DNA of 24,547 nt, from contig JBIJBE010000048.1 of NCBI GenBank assembly GCA_044345405.1, positions 1-24,547 of the forward strand. Direction: 5' to 3'. Positions 9,077-17,075 of this stretch are shown piece after piece; within the stretch, counting starts at the first letter, position 1; each line of letters starts with the position of its first letter. Both the position numbers and the translations under genes were made by a program. The notes under the pieces are model-generated. The model searched no databases and had not been told where the DNA came from. It saw only the letters and a program-made list of their open reading frames with translations. This stretch comes from Bdellovibrionota bacterium. Its GTDB lineage: Bacteria; Bdellovibrionota_C; UBA2361; OMII01.

Positions 9077-9595
9077 ATGAAAACGGTACTTTGTCTCCTT
9101 GTCGGTCTCATCTCCCTTGGCGGCTCTGCGTTGGCGCACGCCGAGACGATTGCGATCGTAGATACGCAATCGATCCTTTCTCAATCGATCGTTGGTAAGG
9201 CTGCTCGTAGTAACCTTGAGGGTCGGGTTAAAAAGGCGCAAGCGGCTCTTGGTCAGCGGAAAGCCGAATTCGATAAGGAGCGCGCGGCGCTTGAGAAGCA
9301 AGCGAAGATCCTTTCGGGCTCCGCCCTTGAGTCAAAGAAGGAGGCTCTCGGAAAGAAGCAGGTGGAGCTCCAAAGAGCCTACCAGGACGCGCAGGAGGAG
9401 CTGGCGAAGGTTAACGAGCAAGAGATAACGAAGGTCGTTGGCGAAATTCAAGCCGCGGTCAAAGAGGTCGCTAAAGAGCGTAATCTTACCTTTGTGTTCG
9501 AAAAAGACCGTCAAACCGTACTATATGCGTCCGATAGGATTGACATCAGCGCCGATGTGGTGAAGATCCTTGATAAGAAAAAAGTAGCTCTGTAG
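9077..9595 (+). CDS. skp: OmpH/Skp periplasmic chaperone
   Basis: Signal peptide MKTVLCLLVGLISLGGSALAHA, then IAIVDTQSILSQS, a coiled-coil body, and VLYASDRIDISADVVK. Start set at ATG 9077 (AAGGT upstream). Adjacent to fabZ/lpxA. Confidence 0.92.
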   Translation: MKTVLCLLVGLISLGGSALAHAETIAIVDTQSILSQSIVGKAARSNLEGRVKKAQAALGQRKAEFDKERAALEKQAKILSGSALESKKEALGKKQVELQRAYQDAQEELAKVNEQEITKVVGEIQAAVKEVAKERNLTFVFEKDRQTVLYASDRIDISADVVKILDKKKVAL

Positions 9596-9605
9596 GGGAG
9601 TTAAG

Positions 9606-10070
9606 ATGGAAATGGTTGAAGCAATGGAAGCTGCTCCGGTTACAATGGATATTCTTGAGATTCAGCGATGGATTCCTCATCGTTACCCGTTCCTATTGAT
9701 TGATAGGGTTCTCGACATTGTACCGAACGTACATATTACGACGATAAAGAACGTCACCGCGAACGAAGAGTTCTTTCAGGGGCACTTCCCCGGTCACCCA
9801 GTAATGCCAGGTGTGCTGATCATGGAGTCTATGGCTCAAACCGCCGCGGTGTTCGCTCGATACAGCGAGCCCGAGCTCCTCAAGAACAAGACGTTCTACC
9901 TTGTAGGTGCCGATAATTTTAAGTGGAAGAAGATGGTTGTTCCTGGCGATCAGCTCAAGATTGTCATGAAGAGCGTGAAGAAGCGTAATCCTCTCTGGAT
10001 CATGGATGGAGAGGTGTTCGTTGACGGAAAGGTTGTCGCGAGCGGAACCCTTACCGCCGCCGCGGCCTAA
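9606..10070 (+). CDS. fabZ: 3-hydroxyacyl-ACP dehydratase FabZ
   Basis: PHRYPFLLIDR and FFQGHFPGHPVMPGVLIMESMAQ signature motifs. SD GGGGAG. Confidence 0.97.
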   Translation: MEMVEAMEAAPVTMDILEIQRWIPHRYPFLLIDRVLDIVPNVHITTIKNVTANEEFFQGHFPGHPVMPGVLIMESMAQTAAVFARYSEPELLKNKTFYLVGADNFKWKKMVVPGDQLKIVMKSVKKRNPLWIMDGEVFVDGKVVASGTLTAAAA

Positions 10071-10087
10071 GCTCGGAAGGTCTTTTC

Positions 10088-10915
10088 ATGAGCCTTATTC
10101 ATCCAACCGCGATCGTTGACCCCTCCGCTCAGATCGGAGAGGGCACCAAGGTCGGTCCGTATTCCATTATCGGTCCGAATGTGGTGCTCGGTCGTGATAA
10201 CATCGTCGGTCCGCATGTCGTTATCGAAGGACGCACGACCATCGGTGATGGAAATACGATATTTCAGTTCGCGTCAGTGGGTGCCGTCCCACAGGACCTC
10301 AAGTATCGGGGCGAGCCGAGCGAGTTGATTATCGGCAATCGTAACATAATCCGAGAGTGCGTAACCCTTCAGCCGGGGACGACCGGTGGTGGCATGCTCA
10401 CTAAGATCGGAGACCAAAACCTCTTTATGGCCAACACCCACGTTGGTCATGACACCTTCGTTGGTAATCGGTGCGTATTCGCGAACAGCGCGGCGTTGGC
10501 CGGACACGTTATCGTTGGAGATGGGGTAATCGTCGGTGGCCTCTCAGGTATTCACCAGTTCGTCCGTCTCGGCGATGTCGCCATGATCGGCGCAGGGGCG
10601 ATGGTCAGTCAGGACGTTCCACCATACTTCATGGCCCAGGGTGACCGGGCTAAGATTCACGGTCTTAACCGGGTTGGCCTCGAGCGAAACGGGGGTACCC
10701 GAGAGGACCTCGCCGCCATTCGATCCCTCTACCGCAGCGTCTTTACCCCAACGACCGTGCCGGGTGTGCCTCGACGTACCTTCAAGGAGCGTCTGGCTGC
10801 CGCTAAGGCTGAGGTTGGTGGTAACCCCCGGGCAGCTCAAGTTATCGCTTTCCTCGAGAGCTCAGAGCGGGGCGTTTGTGCCCACCACGGGTCGGGAGAG
10901 TCCCAATCGGACTAG
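10088..10915 (+). CDS. lpxA: Acyl-ACP--UDP-N-acetylglucosamine O-acyltransferase LpxA
   Basis: IHPTAIV start, hexapeptide repeats, PQDLKY, HVGHD (catalytic His), LAGHV, IHQF, QDVPPY and GLNRVGL. Follows fabZ. Confidence 0.97.
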   Translation: MSLIHPTAIVDPSAQIGEGTKVGPYSIIGPNVVLGRDNIVGPHVVIEGRTTIGDGNTIFQFASVGAVPQDLKYRGEPSELIIGNRNIIRECVTLQPGTTGGGMLTKIGDQNLFMANTHVGHDTFVGNRCVFANSAALAGHVIVGDGVIVGGLSGIHQFVRLGDVAMIGAGAMVSQDVPPYFMAQGDRAKIHGLNRVGLERNGGTREDLAAIRSLYRSVFTPTTVPGVPRRTFKERLAAAKAEVGGNPRAAQVIAFLESSERGVCAHHGSGESQSD

Positions 10916-10940
10916 TTCCGAGCGGTGAGGGGCCAGGTCT

Positions 10941-10969
10941 TTGACTTTTGCCCCGTACGCTGGTAGTTT
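10941..10969 (+). promoter_or_regulatory. Sigma70-type promoter for rpsO-pnp
   Basis: TTGACT (10941-10946), 17-nt spacer, TAGTTT (10964-10969), with an extended -10 TG at 10961-10962. Confidence 0.7.
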
Positions 10970-11051
10970 CTCCCGGAAATATTGGTATAAAAAACGAAAA
11001 AGCGTACCAAAACTAGCTAAACGCTTGATATAATTGGAGATAGGAGTTCAC

Positions 11052-11396
11052 ATGGAGTCTTCCACAACTGGAGAGAAGCCAACCACCCTCAGCGGATTCA
11101 CCGAGCAGGATATGGCATTGGGCGCAGTTAAACTTTCGGCTATGGAGCCGCAAGATGTCATCAAGAAGTATCAGATTAACACACAGGACACAGGTTCTCC
11201 TGAGGTTCAGGTGGCTCTTTTGACCCGTCGTCTTGAGATCCTTACCAAGCACTTCTCAACGAATCCAAAGGATCACCACTCACGTCGCGGAATGATGAAC
11301 ATCATTTCACAACGTAAGCAGTTGCTCTCGTACCTCAAGGCAGAGAGCGTTCAGCGCTACAGAAATACTCTTTCAGCTCTTGGCTTGCGTAAGTAA
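11052..11396 (+). CDS. rpsO: 30S ribosomal protein S15 (start uncertain: 11052 or 11112)
   Basis: DTGSPEVQVALLT, HFSTNPKDHHSRRG, RKQLLSYL and LGLRK. Lies upstream of pnp. AGGAG lies 5 nt before ATG 11052. Confidence 0.96.
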   Translation: MESSTTGEKPTTLSGFTEQDMALGAVKLSAMEPQDVIKKYQINTQDTGSPEVQVALLTRRLEILTKHFSTNPKDHHSRRGMMNIISQRKQLLSYLKAESVQRYRNTLSALGLRK

Positions 11397-11412
11397 GCTC
11401 GGGCCAGAGTTT

Positions 11413-11498
11413 TGCAAGATGCCACGACATCTGTTTGGTTCTCCGATCCTGTTTCAGGGGTTGGGTTTAGGCCCAGGCGAGATTCTCGTGGCGTTTGC
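11413..11498 (+). promoter_or_regulatory. Long imperfect stem-loop in the rpsO-pnp spacer (candidate RNase III-processed pnp leader)
   Basis: GCAA(G)ATGCCACGA pairs with TCGTGGCGTTTGC, continuing inward as ATCT/AGAT, GTTTGG/CCAGGC and CCTG-TTT-CAGG. Confidence 0.6.
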
Positions 11499-11564
11499 GC
11501 ATGTAGCTACACGCTAGAAAGCGTTTCGTATACCAGCACCGTTAAAACCTTATAGAGGTAAATC

Positions 11565-13670
11565 ATGTACGTAGTAGAAAGAGAATTTCACGGCAAAAAA
11601 CTCAGAATCGAATCAGGCCGTATCGCAAAGCAGGCGGGCGGATCCGCTCTTGTATCCTATGGAGAGTCAGTAGTACTCGTCACCGCGTGTGGTGGAGCGG
11701 AGAAGGATGTAGATTTCTTCCCTCTCACCGTTGATTACATCGAGAAGACCTACGCCGCCGGAAAGATTCCGGGCGGATTCTTCCGACGTGAGGGTAAGCA
11801 GTCCGAAAAGGAGACCCTTGTTTCCCGTCTTATCGACCGTCCGTGTCGACCACTCTTCCCTGAAGGGTTTCACCGCGAGGTTCAGGTAGTAGCGACCGTG
11901 CTCTCCGCTGATGACGAGAACGATACAGATATTTTGGCTATGTGCGGCGCGTCAGCGGCGCTCACCATCTCAGAGCTTCCGTTCGAGGGCCCGGTTTCGG
12001 GTGTTCGAGTAGCTCGTATCAACGGAAAGTTGGTTATCAATCCGGTTCGCAGCTCCCTCGCGAACGCCGACCTTAACTTCATCGTTGCTGGCACAAAGGA
12101 CGCCACGACGATGGTTGAGGGTGGAGCTCAAGAGGTTCCAGAGGCTGAGGTTCTTGAGGCTCTCTTCTTCGCTCAGGAGCAACTTCAGGTCATCAACGAG
12201 ATGCAGCTTGAACTCAAGAAGAACATCGGTAAGCCAACAATGGAGTTCTCTCCGAAGGCCTACGATGAGGCGCTTTACGGCCGCATGGTTGAGTTCGTAA
12301 CTCCGCTCCTCAAAGTTGCTATCAAGAACAGAGAGAAGCACGCTCGTCGTGACGCTGTATCTCTCGCGAAGAACACACTCATGAGTGAGTTCGTGAAGGA
12401 AGGTGACGCTAACGCCGCTGTAGCCGCGAAGCTCGCTGGCAAAGCGTTCGAGGATACACACTACACCGTAGTGCGTGATCTCGCCCTTGACGAAGGTGTC
12501 CGTCTCGATGGTCGTGATACCAAGACAGTTCGTCCGATCTCGATCGAGGTTGGATGGCTTCCTCGCACCCACGGATCGGCGCTCTTCACCCGTGGAGAGA
12601 CCCAGTCTATCGTGGTTTCGACCCTTGGAACTGAGGCTGAAGCTCAACGTATCGACAATCTTCTTGGCGAAGCGTCGAAGACCTTCATGCTTCACTACAA
12701 CTTCCCACCGTTCTCAGTTGGCGAGACGAAGCCGATGCGTGGACCAGGCCGTCGTGAGATCGGTCACGGTGCTCTCGCTGAGCGCGCTGTTCGAGCCGTT
12801 ATGCCGGACATCAAGGAGTTCCCATACGTGGTGCGTATCGTGTCTGAGATCACTGAGTCGAACGGCTCAAGCTCGATGGCAACGGTGTGCGGCGCGAGCC
12901 TCTCACTCATGGACGCGGGCGTTCCAATCAAGGCTCCTGTAGCGGGAGTCGCGATGGGTCTTATCAAGACCGGCGAGAAGTACGCTGTCTTGACCGACAT
13001 CCTCGGAGATGAGGATCACCTTGGCGATATGGACTTCAAGGTGTGCGGTACCGAAAAGGGTATCACCGCGCTTCAGATGGACATCAAGATCAAGGGGCTC
13101 AGCCGCGAGATCATGGACAAGGCGATGATTCAGGCCCGAGACGGCCGGCTTCACATCCTTAACGAGATGGCGAAGGCTATCACCAAGGAGCGTCCAGAGC
13201 TCAGCAAGTACGCTCCGAAGATCGTTACGATTAAGATCAACCCTGACAAGATCCGTGACATCATCGGGCCAGGCGGTAAGACCATCCGGTCTATCACTGA
13301 GTCGTGCGGTGTTAAGATGGAAGTTCAGGACGATGGAACGGTTAACATCGCGAGCAATGACAGCCAGAAGGTTCAAAACGCTATCGCTATCATCGAGAGC
13401 CTCACGCAAGAAGCTGTCGTTGGAAAGCTCTACAGAGGTGTCGTTAAGCGTCTCGTAGATTTCGGCGCTTTCGTTGAGATCCTTCCAGGTACCGATGGAC
13501 TCGTTCACGTTTCCCAGATCTCTGACGCTCGCGTTAACAACGTACGTGACGTGTTGAGCGAGGGAGATGAGGTATGGGTTAAGTGCCTTGAGATCGACCG
13601 ACAAGGAAAGATCCGTCTTTCCATGAAGGAAGCGGCTGCTGACATGAAGGAGCAGGGGCTCGCTTCGTAG
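11565..13670 (+). CDS. pnp: Polyribonucleotide nucleotidyltransferase (PNPase)
   Basis: DFFPLTVDY, GGFFRREG, RLIDRP, HGSALFTRGETQ, SNGSSSMA, DHLGDMDFK, the KH GPGG loop and a C-terminal S1 domain. SD GAGGT. Confidence 0.99.
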   Translation: MYVVEREFHGKKLRIESGRIAKQAGGSALVSYGESVVLVTACGGAEKDVDFFPLTVDYIEKTYAAGKIPGGFFRREGKQSEKETLVSRLIDRPCRPLFPEGFHREVQVVATVLSADDENDTDILAMCGASAALTISELPFEGPVSGVRVARINGKLVINPVRSSLANADLNFIVAGTKDATTMVEGGAQEVPEAEVLEALFFAQEQLQVINEMQLELKKNIGKPTMEFSPKAYDEALYGRMVEFVTPLLKVAIKNREKHARRDAVSLAKNTLMSEFVKEGDANAAVAAKLAGKAFEDTHYTVVRDLALDEGVRLDGRDTKTVRPISIEVGWLPRTHGSALFTRGETQSIVVSTLGTEAEAQRIDNLLGEASKTFMLHYNFPPFSVGETKPMRGPGRREIGHGALAERAVRAVMPDIKEFPYVVRIVSEITESNGSSSMATVCGASLSLMDAGVPIKAPVAGVAMGLIKTGEKYAVLTDILGDEDHLGDMDFKVCGTEKGITALQMDIKIKGLSREIMDKAMIQARDGRLHILNEMAKAITKERPELSKYAPKIVTIKINPDKIRDIIGPGGKTIRSITESCGVKMEVQDDGTVNIASNDSQKVQNAIAIIESLTQEAVVGKLYRGVVKRLVDFGAFVEILPGTDGLVHVSQISDARVNNVRDVLSEGDEVWVKCLEIDRQGKIRLSMKEAAADMKEQGLAS

Positions 13671-13715
13671 TGTCCGAACAGCCCCCCTTGTGGGGTGGCT
13701 GGATTCCGATACCAT

Positions 13716-13753
13716 AAGCGGGGGCGGTCTTTTGACTCGCCCCCGCTTTTTTT
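13716..13753 (+). terminator. Rho-independent terminator after pnp
   Basis: AAGCGGGGGCG-GTC-TTTT-GAC-T-CGCCCCCGC followed by T7. A second hairpin (CAGCCCCC...GGGGTGGCTG, 13679-13701) precedes it. Confidence 0.88.
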
Positions 13754-13819
13754 ACGCGTGGAGTCTACATGGGTGGTTTTGTGGTGAGATGCACAGTGGA
13801 GGTTCTTGGCCGGCGTTTG

Positions 13820-14584
13820 ATGCTCAGTGGGAGCCGCGCGCTCCTTACTGCGTGGCTGGGGCTGACACCTTTTCTCTGCACGTCCGCGCTCGCTCAGGAT
13901 GATTTCTTCAGGCCCGTAATTGAGGCGACTCCGACCGCTCAACATGAGGGGCCACCGCCGATCTTTTCCTTCGCTCGATTGGAGCGGGATTTTAGCGCCC
14001 TCTGTAAGGGGCTTGAGGAGGACGGGAGGCGTGCGCGAATCGTGTCAATCGCCGAAGCGGGCGTCGCTCGCGAAAAGGTGTGCATCACCTGCCGCTCCTT
14101 CTGGAAGATGATCGTGAGTTCGTGCGGAAAGCTCGGTCCCCGTCCAACGCCTACGCCCAAGCCACCTAAAAAGAAGAAAGGAGTACCCACAGAGGAGCCG
14201 GTCGAGACCGCTACGCCAGTTGCCGAATCGTTGGATGTAAGTTCCGCGGTGGAGTCGTCACGTGAATCATCGCAGGCGATCGCCACACCAACGGTGAGTG
14301 CCGCGGCTACACGCCAAAATCGGTATCCCTCAACGGAGGTGCTGGATGAGGCTTCGCGGGTCAGTAGTTCTATATACGCCCTTGATAGTGGCGATGGGCA
14401 GGTAGCGGAGATGGTTCGATACTTCGCGAAGACGGTGCGCGAAACCTCAGGACTCTCAGACCAAGAGCGGGAGTACTACGATACCTTTCTGACGTATCTC
14501 CTCGCGGCTTGGGATGGAAGGGTCGATTCGACGAAGCTCCCGCCCCCAACGGTGGGGCCGGAGGTGGATTCGTTCTTTGAATAA
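13820..14584 (+). CDS. Hypothetical exported protein with CxxC and a Pro/Lys/Thr/Ser-rich linker
   Basis: Signal-peptide-like MLSGSRALLTAWLGLTPFLCTSALA-QDD from ATG 13820 (the ORF extends to 13769). Contains CITC and PRPTPTPKPPKKKK, with a helical C-terminal part. Confidence 0.65.
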   Translation: MLSGSRALLTAWLGLTPFLCTSALAQDDFFRPVIEATPTAQHEGPPPIFSFARLERDFSALCKGLEEDGRRARIVSIAEAGVAREKVCITCRSFWKMIVSSCGKLGPRPTPTPKPPKKKKGVPTEEPVETATPVAESLDVSSAVESSRESSQAIATPTVSAAATRQNRYPSTEVLDEASRVSSSIYALDSGDGQVAEMVRYFAKTVRETSGLSDQEREYYDTFLTYLLAAWDGRVDSTKLPPPTVGPEVDSFFE

Positions 14585-14654
14585 GCCGCTCCAGGGCGGT
14601 TTCGATACCGTTCTCCGAACCCCATCGCGTCCGGAGATCATCTCAAGATGTTGA

Positions 14655-14679
14655 AAAGACACGAATTATGCGTGTCTTT
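14655..14679. repeat. Perfect 9-bp inverted repeat upstream of the rpsA promoter (terminator or operator)
   Basis: AAAGACACG-AATTATG-CGTGTCTTT. Confidence 0.5.
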
Positions 14680-14737
14680 ACGAACAGCTCGGCGTAGGTG
14701 TGGTCTTTCTCGGAAGAGACCCAAATTCCCGATTTGC

Positions 14738-14767
14738 TTGACCTACCAAGGGGTTACGCTGTACCAT
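14738..14767 (+). promoter_or_regulatory. Sigma70-type promoter for rpsA
   Basis: TTGACC (14738-14743), 18-nt spacer, TACCAT (14762-14767). Confidence 0.6.
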
Positions 14768-14935
14768 CCCCACCTCTTGGCGAGTTCTATTCGAGAATTC
14801 GTCATCTGCTGAGGCGATAGTTCGCTCGGTAGATCTTCCGCTCTCTCACTTCACTCTATCGATCCGGTGAATGTGTGCGTCGTGGATGGAGTCTTAACTT
14901 GAATTTCGGATCGAACACATAGGCTGTTTAACAGT

Positions 14936-16678
14936 ATGGTTAGTTCATTTTCAACGGGCTCATTCGGTGGTTTCAAGGGAAGCAACGAAGAGGGTTCGTT
15001 CGCGGCAGAGTTCGAAGCACTCATGCTCGGCCGTTTCGGCAATATCCGTCCAGGAAAGATCGTTCCTGGCGTAGTTACACACATCGGCAAGGAGATGGTA
15101 TCGGTTGATATCGGCTTCAAGTCCGAAGGTGTTGTTCCAACAGAGCAATTCCCACACGTTGAAGGGAAGGTTCAGGCTCAAGTTGGTGACCAAGTAGACG
15201 TTTTCATCATCGCGCTTGAGAACGAGATGGGTCAGGTTCTCCTCTCGAAGGAGAAGGCTGATCAGAAGAAGATCTGGGAGAAGGTTGAAGAGACCTTCAA
15301 GGCTGACGCTAAGCTTACTGGTAAGGTTATCCAGAAAGTTAAGGGTGGACTCCAGGTTGATATCGGAATTCCAGCGTTCCTTCCAGGTTCGCAGATAGAC
15401 ATCCGTCCTCACCGCAACCTCGACAAGTTCCTTGGACAAGAGTACGAGTTCAAGGTTCTTAAGATTACCCGTGACAAGGGCAACATCGTTCTCTCTCGCC
15501 GCGCTGTATTGCTTGGTGAGCGTGACGAGCTCCGCACAGCTACCTTGAAGGTTCTTCAAGAGGGAGTTGTTATGGAGGGTGTTGTTAAGAACGTTACCGA
15601 TTACGGCGCGTTCATCGACCTCGGTGGTATCGACGGTCTCCTTCACATCACCGATATCTCGTGGGGCCGCATTAATCACCCATCTGAGAAGCTCTCCGTT
15701 GGTCAGACGGTTCCAGTGGTTGTACTCAAGTACGACGCTGAGAAGGGCCGTGTTAGCCTCGGTATGAAGCAGCTTCAGCAGGATCCATGGCAGACAGCTC
15801 ATGAGCGATTCCCGATCGGTGGTCGCGTTAAGGGCCGTGTTAAGTCTGTTACGGATTACGGCGCGTTCGTTGAGCTCGAAGAGGGTATCGAGGGACTCAT
15901 TCACGTTTCTGAGATGTCGTGGACGAAGAAAGTTCGCCACCCTTCGAAGATCGTTACTGAGGGCGAGGCAGTTGAGGCTGTTATTCTTGGATTCGATTCC
16001 GAGCAACAACGCATCAGCCTTGGTCTTAAGCAGCTCCTTCCAAATCCTTGGGAGCAGCTCCAAGCACTCCACCCAGTTGGATCTCGTGTTACGGGCAAGG
16101 TTCGCTCGATCACCGAGTTCGGTATCTTCGTTGGTATCGAGGACGGCATCGATGGTCTTGTTCACATCTCCGACTTCTCGTGGACGAAGCGCATCAAGGA
16201 TCCTAAGGAGATCCAAGAGCTCTTCAAGAAGGGAGACGATGTTGAGGCAGTGGTTCTCGATATCGACGCCGCTAATGAGCGTTTGAGCCTTGGTATCAAG
16301 CAGCTCTTGCAAGATCCATGGGAGACTATCGCTCAGCGTCACCCAGTTGGTACGAAGGTCAAGGGACCTGTTACCGCTGTCACTGAGTTCGGTGTCTTCG
16401 TTGAGATCGAGAGCGGAGTTGAGGGCCTCATCCACAATTCACAACTTGGCGTTGAGAAGGGAACTGATGTTGCCGCTCTCTACCCAGTTGGAACACAGAT
16501 GGAGGCAGAGGTTACCAACGTTGATACACAGGAGCGCCGCATTAGCTTGAGCTCTCGTAGCATCAAGGAGCGTGGTGGCCGTAAGGAGTCCTACGATCAG
16601 TACATGGCTGACGAGGAAGCTCCACGTGTTACCTTCGGAGACCTCATCCGTGAGCAGATGAAGAACGATAAGGACTAA
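14936..16678 (+). CDS. rpsA: 30S ribosomal protein S1
   Basis: VDIGFKSEG, AFLPGSQID, repeated S1 motifs (DYGAFIDLGGIDGLLHITDISW, EGLIHVSEMSW, DGLVHISDFSW) and a TFGDL tail. 580 aa, six-domain type. Confidence 0.99.
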   Translation: MVSSFSTGSFGGFKGSNEEGSFAAEFEALMLGRFGNIRPGKIVPGVVTHIGKEMVSVDIGFKSEGVVPTEQFPHVEGKVQAQVGDQVDVFIIALENEMGQVLLSKEKADQKKIWEKVEETFKADAKLTGKVIQKVKGGLQVDIGIPAFLPGSQIDIRPHRNLDKFLGQEYEFKVLKITRDKGNIVLSRRAVLLGERDELRTATLKVLQEGVVMEGVVKNVTDYGAFIDLGGIDGLLHITDISWGRINHPSEKLSVGQTVPVVVLKYDAEKGRVSLGMKQLQQDPWQTAHERFPIGGRVKGRVKSVTDYGAFVELEEGIEGLIHVSEMSWTKKVRHPSKIVTEGEAVEAVILGFDSEQQRISLGLKQLLPNPWEQLQALHPVGSRVTGKVRSITEFGIFVGIEDGIDGLVHISDFSWTKRIKDPKEIQELFKKGDDVEAVVLDIDAANERLSLGIKQLLQDPWETIAQRHPVGTKVKGPVTAVTEFGVFVEIESGVEGLIHNSQLGVEKGTDVAALYPVGTQMEAEVTNVDTQERRISLSSRSIKERGGRKESYDQYMADEEAPRVTFGDLIREQMKNDKD

Positions 16679-16710
16679 TCTGCGAAAGTCCTTTAACAGG
16701 GACTAAAGGG

Positions 16711-16745
16711 AAGGGGGCTGGGTGAAAACCTGGCCCCTTTTTTTT
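16711..16745 (+). terminator. Rho-independent terminator after rpsA
   Basis: AAGGGGGCTGGGT-GAAA-ACCTGGCCCC followed by T8. A small hairpin AGTCCTT-TAAC-AGGGACT (16687-16704) precedes it. Confidence 0.9.
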
Positions 16746-17075
16746 GTTAACGTTCTTCCTTCCGACCTTCGCTGATTTTGGGGGATGCGGGTGCCTAACG
16801 GTAGGTCGTGCGTGGTTCGTCGCCCTCTGTAGCGCGCGTCTCAGCTGAGGAGGTGAGCTGCCGGTCGAGCTTACGGTTGCGTAAGGGATGTATTTCCCGC
16901 CCTATAACTAGCCGAAAAAGTTGGGTCTGTGTGCTTAGGAGGCGTCGCCGGGTTCGCGAGGAGGGGGCTTGTGTATGTGGGTGGTCCTAAAGGCGCCAGC
17001 GCTGCATCGTATGAAGGGGGCCCGGGCCGGATTTTACACCTGCCTAAAAGCGAATCCCCCCAGTAAGATACCACC

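Noticed and set aside
11970-13715. Antisense ORFs of 241 and 270 aa inside pnp
   Set aside because: Same codon-bias shadow effect.
14080-14097. CITCR as a possible cytochrome c haem-binding site
   Set aside because: CxxCH requires His, and Arg is present instead.
14960-16435. 491-aa antisense ORF inside rpsA
   Set aside because: It is codon-aligned on the opposite strand of a highly expressed gene that avoids TTA/CTA/TCA. The Leu/Asn/Asp-skewed product has no motifs, so it is a shadow ORF.
16750-16775. Minus-strand AAGGTCGGAAGGAAGAAC resembles the SRP RNA domain IV motif
   Set aside because: The UCC/GGA stem and AGCA internal loop are broken, and no long flanking helix was found.
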